From Eledone cirrhosa (lineage: Eukaryota): a stretch of 64,000 nt of DNA. A model generated the notes under the pieces. That model saw only the letters and a program-made list of their open reading frames with translations, searched no databases and was not told the DNA's origin. The stretch spans positions 305,412,001 to 305,476,000 of the forward strand of contig OZ024741.1 in the NCBI GenBank assembly GCA_964016885.1, written 5' to 3'. The translations under genes and the position numbers were made by a program. This document shows, one piece after another, positions 37,336 to 46,284 of this stretch; positions within the stretch are counted from its first letter, which is position 1; each line of letters begins with the position of its first letter.

Positions 37336-40143
37336 ACCAGAACAACCTGCCACCCTCTACACACCATCATAAACTACGAGCAGGGTACAAATTGTTGTCC
37401 TTAAATGCTCGCAGTTTATGCAACAAGATACATCTGTTCGAATCCTACGTCAGAGGCATCGACCCTGACTTCATCACAGTCACGGAAACATGGGCACATT
37501 CCTTACTCTGTGATGGGGTTTTCAGCATTACTGGGTACAACCTTTTCCGCAAGGACCGCATTAACCGCCGTGGTGGTGGTGTGATGGTCTACGTTCGTTC
37601 AAACTTTTCGGTAATTCCTTGCGTTGATTTGAACGAATCACAGGAAGAAGTTTTTTTCTATGACATACGTATGACCATGTCAACACTTCTGCTTGGTGTT
37701 GTTTATCACCCCTCAAACTACCATCAGGACACACAGCTTTGCGATATCCTCAGAGTTGCTGCCAAGAAAACAGCCACTTATGTGTTTATTGCAGGTGACT
37801 TCAATCATCCTGAGATCGATTGGGAAACCTTTTGTTGGCCACAAGGTGCAAACGATTTCCTTGAACTAGTGCTGGACTCAAACTGGTCACAAGTAGTCAC
37901 CTCTCCAACAAGAGGTGACAACACTTTGGACCTGATCTTCACCACTACTCCTGAAGTGGTTATCAGTTGTACTACCGAGGAACCTCTAGGCGACTCTGAT
38001 CATGCTATGATCATTGCCAATCTGGCACTTGAGGGCAGCAACAAAAACCAGAGTCATCTCCAATCTGCTTGCTTTGATTGGAAGAGGGCGGATTGGAACT
38101 TGTACTGCACTGAGCTGCAGCGCCCAAACTGGCATGAGATGTATAACTCTGGAGATGTGAACTCTATACTCCAGAGCATCCTGGACTCAATATGGATAGC
38201 GTGTGCAGCATCAGTGCCACGGAAGCGGAAAAATAACCACCCCAAAAGTGCAATCTGGGAAACTTCAGCGGTCCGACTTGCCAGGAAAGAACGTCGGAAC
38301 GCTGAACGGGAATATAAACTGCATAAATCAGATGCCAACAGAAAAAAGCGGAATAAATCTTCTAACCATCTCAAGCAAGTGACAAAGAAGGCAGTGCTTG
38401 AATTTGAACAGTGCATCGCAACCAATCCTGACAGTAAGGTGTTCTGGAAATATGTTCATTCAAAGCAGAGACCTCACTCTCCAGTTGGTCCTCTTCGCAA
38501 TCCCCACACAAGCCAGATCACTGATGATCCCAAGGAATGCGCAGAACTCATTGCTGAGTGCTATGCAAGTATTTTTACTGTTGAAAACCAGAATGTACCA
38601 TCTCTAACATCAAATTCCATAACAACTATGGAATTTACACCTGCAATGTTGCGACGTCACCTTAAGAATAAGCGCAACTATGCCTCCCCTGGTCTTGATG
38701 GTGTGACATACCTGCTTCTCAAACGTGGCGGGTATTTCCTTTTGCGCCAGCTTTCTTCTTTCAATACTGTCTCAACAATGGTGCTACTCCGGAGCAGTGG
38801 AAAACTGCCAGTGTCATTCCCCTGTTCAAAAAGGGCAACCGCATGTCACCTGTCAACTATCGTCCAGTCAGTCTTACTAGCTGTATGGCCAAACTGATGG
38901 AATCCTGTGTCAGAGAAACACTTTGGAACTTCTGGAGCTCTCACAGCCTCATCTGGCCCTCACAGTTTGGATTTATCCCTAACTCCAGCTGCTGTGATCA
39001 GCTTATCGAGTTCCTTGAGGACATCACCCGGATCACTGACAGCGGCTCATGGGTGGATGTTGTTTACCTTGACTTTGCTAAGGCTTTTAATTCTGTGCCA
39101 CACAAAAGGCTTATGGCAAAACTCTCTGCAATGGGTGTGAGGGATGATCTTTTCGACTGGTTGAAATCCTTCATTCTCAGCCGAAAAGAAGTAGTCACGG
39201 TTCTGGGTCAGCATTCTTCACCATATGAGATGTCATCTGGTGTACCACAGGGATCTGTTCTTGGTCCTCTTTTGTTTGTGGCATATATTAATGACATAGA
39301 TGCCAACTTACAGAATGCCACGGTACTAAAATATGCAGATGATACCAAGCTGTACCTTGAAATCAAAAGGACTGATCCTGAAATTTACAACTCTTTCCTA
39401 CAATCAGACCTGGACACAATGCAGCAATGGATCACAGACTGGCAACTGAAGCTGGCTGTGGACAAGTGTACCACCATGCATTTTGGAAGGAAAAATCCAG
39501 CGTCCACATACTCCCTCCACAACACTGATATCAAAAAGTCCTCTTGTGAACGTGACCTGGGCATTACTGTCAGCAACGATTTGCGTTGGACAAAGCATGT
39601 CTCTAAGATTGTCAAGAAGGCCGAGGGTGTCTTGGCATCACTCAGCAAGACCTTTGTTAGCTGCTCTCCAGCCATCTATTTAAAACTGTATACAGCTATG
39701 GTGCGACCACACTTGGAATTCGCATCATCAGTCTGGAACCCCTATCTTGCTCAGAACATTGACCTCCTGGAAACTGTTCAGAGACGTGCAACCAAGCGCA
39801 TACCCTCCATCAGACACCTACCATACTCTGAACGCCTTGCTTCCCTGGGCATGGATTCATTGAAGCTCCGACGTCTGCAATGGACTTGGTGAATACCCAC
39901 AAAGTTTTTAACCATCTCGCCAATTGCAACCCTGAGCGCCTCTTTGATCTCCATGTGTCTAACACACGTGGACATGCCTACAAGATCAGAAAACAGCACA
40001 GCTCCCATGACTTTCGTAGACATTTTTTCACGCTCAGAGTTGCTGAAGCATGGAACAAACTGCCTGCGTCAATTGTTAGCTGCCGAGACACTGCATCCTT
40101 TAAGACACTCATGCTTCCCGAAATACGCCAAAACTACACCTGA
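37326..40143 (+). pseudogene. CR1 ORF2 (APE + RT) with two frameshifts and no initiator ATG
   Basis: SLNARSL, VTETW, GGGV, GDFN, SDH; LDFAKAF, GVPQGSVLGPLLF, YADD. Frameshifts near 38755 (4-nt loss versus the copy at 5690) and near 39878 (1-nt loss versus the copy at 23120). Confidence 0.9.
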
Positions 40144-40642
40144 TGCACCCCTTCCATACACATGCACACATGTGTGTATCATGACTCGTGCACTGTTCAT
40201 TTTACTGATGTTTGTGCATTGCCCTATGTACTGTACATGCACTTTTTTGATGAGTTGTGGTGCACCTGGGCACTGTACACAATATTTCATTATTGTTATT
40301 GTTATTATATCATGACTCATACACTGTTCATTTTCCTGACACTTTATTATTCTATGTACTATACATGCACCTTTGATGAGTTGTAGTGCACCTGAGCACT
40401 GTACACAATAATTTCATTATTATTATTATTGACGAAAGTGGATGTACGTTTTTTGAAGCTCCGTGAGTAAGCAATTTTTGAGGATTAATTGTAGAGAATT
40501 GTTTATTTTTTGTACCGCTGAAGCATTATAAGACATTAATTTGTATCCTGTGAAGGAATAACTCATAATATTTGGGCCTTTTGGCCCAAATATTTGAACT
40601 TTATTTTGAAAAAAAAAATAATAATTTTTTTCTCAAAAAAAC

Positions 40643-42553
40643 ATGGCGGAGCCACGCCCCCTAGAGGCGGGTCTGCTGTCGTGCAACGGCGACTTGAGCG
40701 TTGAGAGGAGAGGTGAGGCGAGGAGCGCCACCAGCACGAATGTGAGCAGCGACAGTGCCAGCACCAACGGGCCGAGCGGCGCGGAAGGTGGTAACAGCGA
40801 CAACACCAACACCAACAAGCCGAACAGCGCAGAAGGTGGTAATAGCGAGAGCACCAACAAAACGAACAGCACAGAGAGTAATAGTAGCGACAGCAGCAGC
40901 ACCAACAAGGCCAACAGCACAGAAGGTAACCACGACACAGGGGAGAACAACAACAGCAATAGCAGCAGCAACACCAACAAGAACAACAACAGTGACAACA
41001 CCAACAAGAACACTTTCGCTGCTGTGGCAGCGGCTAAAAGGAGACCATGCTACAGCATCGACTTAACCAACAGAGAGGAAAAGTTGGCCCAGGCCTGGAA
41101 AATCATAAATCAAGAGCAGACCTGGGCAAACTTAACTGTCCCGGCAGAAGCCATTGAGGCAGTGGAAAAAAGAACGGTGCATTTCAGATGCATCTCAGTA
41201 GAGACAAAGAGGGCAGCGATAATCGCCCAAGCTGACATAGAAGCTGCACTGAAATACATCAGAGAGGACACAGACTTCATAGAGAGGGGCAGGCAATACG
41301 GCACCGTTTCGGTGCTGTTCAAGTCTGAAGCCCTCGCTGTGAAGCATTCAATGACCCCTTGCAAAACCAGCAAGGTCATAATGTACCCCTCCCACATGGG
41401 AAAACGAATAGCACGTGTGCGCATTCCCAGGATTCCACCAGGACTTGATATGTGGTGGCTCCTGGGTTGCGTAATCGTGGAAGGAACGGATACAGTCCCG
41501 GTAGAGGCAACGAGAACTGCCAGGGACGACTGGTCCGGGGTTGATCTGGAGATACTGCTCCAAATCAGACCCGAAAACGTAAAAACAATCCCGGACCACA
41601 TCCGCCTCCAAAACGGGAGGGTGTTGCATATAATGACTGAGGGCAAAAGGCCGCATTGTTTCCTTTGTGGGGAAACGACACACTTGCGAGCCTTCTGCCC
41701 TCAACTGCCGAAAAGCGCAAGGGGTCGAAAGATTCCACTGCTGGCGACGCCGGGACAAGGACCACCAGCAACACCGTCAACAATGGAACCACCAAAATTG
41801 CACACCCAGGGGGGAAACGAGGAAAGCTCTCCCATTCCCCCTCCCCCCCAAAATACACACACGAACAAGAACATAAACACTCACTCAGACACAAACACGC
41901 TCACAGCCACAGACCCCTCATCCTCCAGCAGTGAAGATGAGGGAAAACCAAAGTCCCCCAAAATACAAAAAACAAAACACAAAAAAAAAAGAAATCCACA
42001 AAGCACAAACACCCCCACAAAAAAAAATACACACACCACCCACACAAACATTTTCCCCACAGCATCACCAACACAACCACCAAAATCCCCCAAACGCAAA
42101 CAAGCTAAACAGACACAAGAACAAATAGACACACAAACATCAGAAACTACAGACACCCCACCCACAACAAACGCAGACACAATAGAAACAACACTAACAA
42201 AGCTATCACCACCACAATCACACGAACAAATAAAACCCGAGCAACAAAACATTAAAAACTTCGTGCTTGCCAGAAGGGCCAACAAGGAATTGATGGCCCA
42301 TGTAGCACGAAGCACAAACATCGAAAAAGACGGGGAAACATTTGAAGCGAGCACATTTCGCGTACCAGATAATTTGCTTCTGATGCGAATGTCGCTCGCT
42401 TCATACAAAGAAATTCGAAAGAGCTTTCCTCGGGATGTGGGAACCCCGAACGTAAAACCCACGTCAAGACTATTAAAGGGGTTCCCAAAAGAAACCCCAC
42501 AAACCATGGAGGTCGAACCACCCGACCTTCACAAGACCCCGGAAGGTAAGTAA
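40643..42553 (+). CDS. Tx1 ORF1 protein (gag-like, CCHC zinc knuckle)
   Basis: 636-aa ATG-initiated ORF; TFAAVAA motif; CFLCGETTHLRAFC (CX2CX4HX4C); low-complexity N/S/T and P/T/K regions. Confidence 0.92.
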   Translation: MAEPRPLEAGLLSCNGDLSVERRGEARSATSTNVSSDSASTNGPSGAEGGNSDNTNTNKPNSAEGGNSESTNKTNSTESNSSDSSSTNKANSTEGNHDTGENNNSNSSSNTNKNNNSDNTNKNTFAAVAAAKRRPCYSIDLTNREEKLAQAWKIINQEQTWANLTVPAEAIEAVEKRTVHFRCISVETKRAAIIAQADIEAALKYIREDTDFIERGRQYGTVSVLFKSEALAVKHSMTPCKTSKVIMYPSHMGKRIARVRIPRIPPGLDMWWLLGCVIVEGTDTVPVEATRTARDDWSGVDLEILLQIRPENVKTIPDHIRLQNGRVLHIMTEGKRPHCFLCGETTHLRAFCPQLPKSARGRKIPLLATPGQGPPATPSTMEPPKLHTQGGNEESSPIPPPPQNTHTNKNINTHSDTNTLTATDPSSSSSEDEGKPKSPKIQKTKHKKKRNPQSTNTPTKKNTHTTHTNIFPTASPTQPPKSPKRKQAKQTQEQIDTQTSETTDTPPTTNADTIETTLTKLSPPQSHEQIKPEQQNIKNFVLARRANKELMAHVARSTNIEKDGETFEASTFRVPDNLLLMRMSLASYKEIRKSFPRDVGTPNVKPTSRLLKGFPKETPQTMEVEPPDLHKTPEGK

Positions 42554-42582
42554 ACCTTTCCTCTCCCATTCATCCTGCCAGC

Positions 42583-45500
42583 ATGGCCATAAGAGTAGGA
42601 AGTTTAAATGTTCGTGGCCTGGGGTCGCCCTGGAAGCAAGGTCACTTGCTCAACGACCTCAGGTCACTAGGAATGGATGTAATTGCCATCAGCGAGACCA
42701 GAATTTCCGACACACGCGCACTGGCGCCGATTTTCGACGATTATCAGATCTTTGCATCTGTTAGTCGGCCGGGAATGGGAGGTGGAGTGGCTGTGCTGTT
42801 TAGGAAATGTCTGGATCTCGAGGTAAGGTCAATCTTCCGGGATCCTGACGGAAAGTTGGTGGTCCTGGACGTGAGCAATAGCGAAGGTGGTGCCTTTAGA
42901 CTGGTGGCCGTCTACGCCCCTACTGGGGCCGGTCGACCGGACTTCTTTAGGCGCCTGGAAAACTTTCTGCTTACGTCCCGCCCTTTACTGTTAATAGGGG
43001 ATTGGAATGGCATCTTAGAAGCACGCTGGGATTGTGTGGGAGTATCTGATAGGAGCGGGGGGTGCAAAAGCCTCAAGTACCTGATCAGCCAGTTTCAACT
43101 GTCTGACAGGTACCGACTAGATTTCCCTAATGCGCCAGTATGGACCTGGACCAATCGCATAGGGTCATCTAGATCGTACATAGATAGGATTTTCATTAGG
43201 AAAAGAGATAGAAATAGTGTAGGATGTCCACATTTTAAAACGGTTGCCTATTCAGATCACAAGCTTGTGATCTGTATGGTCGACCTAGATAAGACACGTA
43301 GGTTAGGACCTAGCTACTGGAAGCTAAACATGTCGTTTCCGGCACGTAAAGCTTACAGGGACCGGGTCAACAACTTAGTTAAGCAAAAGTTGACAGGGGG
43401 GGTTGTCAACAACAGGTGGTGGGGGGCACTCAAAAGAGAGATTAGAGCAACCTCGATAGGATTTAGCAAAGAAGTAGCAATAGAGAAAAATAGAAAGGAG
43501 GAGGGGCTGATAGCTAAGTTAGACGAGGCTATTTGTAGTGGCATTGCAACAGACGTGCTAGCGGCGAGAATGGCACTAGACCATTTCTTCAATGCGAAAC
43601 ACGAAGGTTGCATTGTCAGAGCTAAGGCGCGTGCTCTGAGGAACGAGGGAACCAAAGCTGCCCGATGGGCTCGCTTTGCAGAGACGCAGCGTGGAAATAA
43701 AACCACAATTCGGTCTTTGACGGATCGAGATGGACACGAACTGAGCGATTCCAAGCAGATGTGTGAGGCCTTTCGCCAGCACTTTGCTCGATTGTTCGGG
43801 AGGATGGGTGAGTCGGAGACGGCGGCGGACTTCAGTCCCTACCTCGACGGCTTGCCACGCCTCTCGACGGCCGACGCTGAGCGCTGCGAAGAGCCGATAA
43901 CATCAGCCGAAATTCAGGACGCCCTTGTCGGCTGCTCGAGTCGCAAGTCACCCGGTTTGGATGGTCTGCCCTACGAGCTTTACGTAAATATGCCAGACTT
44001 GTTCTCCGATCTCCTCGAAGCGCTCTACTGCAACTGGCAGCAGAACGGGAGCATTCCCAGTTCTGTGAGCCGTGGCGTAGTGACGCTGATAAGGAAAGAC
44101 GAGAACAAGAGGGACACACTAGATAATTTCAGGCCCATAACCCTGCTCAACACAGAGTTTAAGATTTTGGCCAAGGTGTTAGCGAAAAGGTTGGCGCTTG
44201 TCGTCAAAGATTTGGTTGGGGAGGCGCAAACTTGCGCAATCCCGACCAGGTCCATACACGACAACCTCCACCTCGTGCGATACATCATAGAGAGGGTTGG
44301 GTGCAAACCTGGCTTCGGTGGGGCTCTGATCAATTTAGATCAATCGAAAGCATTCGATAGGGTCGACCATCGGTACTTGGAGGCTGTCCTCGAGGCGGCT
44401 GGCTTCGGCCCCGTCTTCAGAAGCTGGATCGCTGCAATGTACAGCGGCATCCGCTCGGTGGTCAAAGTTAATGGCCACCTCTCGGAACCGTTTCAGATCT
44501 CTCGATCGGTCCGTCAAGGGTGCCCTCTCTCCTCACTTCTGTACGTATTGACTCTTGAGCCTCTACTGCGGAAGCTGGAGTTGTTGCAGGGCATCCCGCT
44601 CGAACCGGGACGTAGAAAGGCTGCGTCCGCTTATGCGGACGACATCACCGTGATGGTGTCGGACACCTCGGAAATCGAGGTGATCCGCACCCATTTGGAG
44701 GAATATGAAAGGTTGACGGGAGCAAAACTTAACCCGGAAAAGTCGGTGGGCTTGCAGCTCGGCACCTGGAGAGGCAAGTCCATGCCGTCCAACAGCGTCG
44801 TTGGGCGCTGGACAGACGGACCGGTAAAGTTGCTCGGGGTTTGGTTCGGACCAGACCTCCAGGTGGATAAGAATTGGGACGAGGTGACGAGCAGGATAGC
44901 CAACCTCACCCAGAAATGGGCTGAGAGAAAGCTATCACTGAAAGGGCGGGCGGAGGTGGCGAACGCGTACATCGCGTCCGTCATCTACTACCGCCTGACC
45001 GTCGTGCCTTGCCCCCGTCCACGCCTCGCCAATTTGGAACGGCTCCTTTTCAAATTTTTGTGGAGGGGACGGGTCCCGTTGGTGAGGCGGTCCATCTGCT
45101 GCCAGCACCCTCTTCGTGGAGGGCTGGGCATGCCGTGGCTAATGATGCGCAGACATGCGCTGAGGCTGCGACATCTCCAGATATTTTGCCTAAACGGTGA
45201 ACAGGTGTGGTCGCCGTTTGTTAGACGGGCCTTTCCGCAGCTCATCTCTTTGACTGAGCTGCAGTCCTGGGTCAAGAAGAGACCGAGACTGGGCGACTGG
45301 CATCTGGAATGTTGCCAGGCGCTCACTGCACTCTGCAAGGTGGGCAATGCGGTCAGTGGAACTTCCACTCAAGATTTCTATAGAGGATTAGTGGAGGGCA
45401 AGTGCGATGACGTACTAGGAGAGGCTCTGGGCGTCAACGAAGTAGAACTGACCAGTATGTTCCGGAGGACTTTCGAGCCGGGGACGATGGATAACTTCCA

Positions 45501-46002
45501 GAAATCCCTCGCTTGGCAGTGCTACCGGGGGGCGCTGCCGGTTCGGGATAAACTCTACAGGCACGGAAGTGCTGTCAGACGAACCTGCCCGAGATGCGCG
45601 CAGAGCGACGAAACCGTTCTGCACGCACTCGTCCAGTGTCCGTGCATTGCTGACTTGTGGGGTTATGTCGAACAGCTATTGTCGCGTGTAGAACGGATCC
45701 GGCTATCGTCCGAGTCCATAGTGAAGATTGACCCGCCGCCTTCTTTTGGTCAGGAAGGGCAGGCAATTTTCCTCTGCCTGGTGGCAGTAGCGAAAGAGGT
45801 TGCATGGTGGACCAGGTTGAAAGGACTGAAGACAGACACTTTTCTCTTCGGCCAATCCCTCATCAACTTCTTCAAGTTTCACTTGGAAAGGAAGGTGAGG
45901 GTGGAGAGAGAAGTGCTGCCCCCCAGTACATTTACTGAAAGGTGGGTGAATGTGGCGAGAATGGCCCGCGTGAGTGGGCCTACTCTGATCATGCGCCTGT
46001 AG
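42583..46002 (+). CDS. Tx1 ORF2 protein (APE endonuclease, RT, C-terminal zinc finger)
   Basis: 1139 aa uninterrupted: SLNVRGL, ISETR, VYAP, GDWN, IDRIF, YSDH; KSPGLDG, FRPITLLN, DQSKAFDRV, VRQGCPLS, AYADD, RGGLG; CPRCAQSDETVLHALVQC. Confidence 0.96.
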   Translation: MAIRVGSLNVRGLGSPWKQGHLLNDLRSLGMDVIAISETRISDTRALAPIFDDYQIFASVSRPGMGGGVAVLFRKCLDLEVRSIFRDPDGKLVVLDVSNSEGGAFRLVAVYAPTGAGRPDFFRRLENFLLTSRPLLLIGDWNGILEARWDCVGVSDRSGGCKSLKYLISQFQLSDRYRLDFPNAPVWTWTNRIGSSRSYIDRIFIRKRDRNSVGCPHFKTVAYSDHKLVICMVDLDKTRRLGPSYWKLNMSFPARKAYRDRVNNLVKQKLTGGVVNNRWWGALKREIRATSIGFSKEVAIEKNRKEEGLIAKLDEAICSGIATDVLAARMALDHFFNAKHEGCIVRAKARALRNEGTKAARWARFAETQRGNKTTIRSLTDRDGHELSDSKQMCEAFRQHFARLFGRMGESETAADFSPYLDGLPRLSTADAERCEEPITSAEIQDALVGCSSRKSPGLDGLPYELYVNMPDLFSDLLEALYCNWQQNGSIPSSVSRGVVTLIRKDENKRDTLDNFRPITLLNTEFKILAKVLAKRLALVVKDLVGEAQTCAIPTRSIHDNLHLVRYIIERVGCKPGFGGALINLDQSKAFDRVDHRYLEAVLEAAGFGPVFRSWIAAMYSGIRSVVKVNGHLSEPFQISRSVRQGCPLSSLLYVLTLEPLLRKLELLQGIPLEPGRRKAASAYADDITVMVSDTSEIEVIRTHLEEYERLTGAKLNPEKSVGLQLGTWRGKSMPSNSVVGRWTDGPVKLLGVWFGPDLQVDKNWDEVTSRIANLTQKWAERKLSLKGRAEVANAYIASVIYYRLTVVPCPRPRLANLERLLFKFLWRGRVPLVRRSICCQHPLRGGLGMPWLMMRRHALRLRHLQIFCLNGEQVWSPFVRRAFPQLISLTELQSWVKKRPRLGDWHLECCQALTALCKVGNAVSGTSTQDFYRGLVEGKCDDVLGEALGVNEVELTSMFRRTFEPGTMDNFQKSLAWQCYRGALPVRDKLYRHGSAVRRTCPRCAQSDETVLHALVQCPCIADLWGYVEQLLSRVERIRLSSESIVKIDPPPSFGQEGQAIFLCLVAVAKEVAWWTRLKGLKTDTFLFGQSLINFFKFHLERKVRVEREVLPPSTFTERWVNVARMARVSGPTLIMRL

Positions 46003-46284
46003 GCTGGTGAATTCGAGAAGGAGAGGGGTGCCCTTCCCGGGTGCCCTAGGAGCGTCGGGTGGCTCAGGACTGGTGGGGTGCTTGAGTCAACCCTGGGTGG
46101 TGATCCCTCTTATTGGGGAACTTTCATTGTTGTATTTTTATTGTTATTTTGTTTTTGTTTTTTTGTTATTTATACTTACTCGATCTCTATGTAAACCCCC
46201 ACTGTCCCTGTCTATTGTGTTGTCCCCTATATGTCGGCCCTTGTGGCCAATAAATGAAATCATTATTATTATTATTATTATCGA

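Larger units (their letters stand above)
35900..40430 (+). mobile_element. Near full-length CR1-like LINE (ORF1, ORF2, duplicated 3' UTR, (ATT)n tail)
   Basis: Two-ORF layout, CR1-type C-terminus, 3' UTR segment repeated (about 40181-40310 and 40311-40430); 5' boundary uncertain. Confidence 0.92.
40431..46259 (+). mobile_element. Full-length, apparently intact Tx1/L1-clade LINE with a 17-bp target-site duplication
   Basis: tcattattattattatt at 40414-40430 and 46260-46276; 5' UTR, two open ORFs, 3' UTR with AATAAA at 46249-46254. Confidence 0.93.

Noticed and set aside
40633-42569. Hydrophobic antisense ORFs over Tx1 ORF1 (similar ones at 1071-1443 and 36226-36778)
   Set aside because: Shadows of A/C-rich low-complexity sense coding sequence.
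42546-42581. 36-nt GT-AG mini-intron fusing Tx1 ORF1 to ORF2
   Set aside because: Removal leaves ORF2 out of frame, it is very short, and the AG is absent in the other copy.
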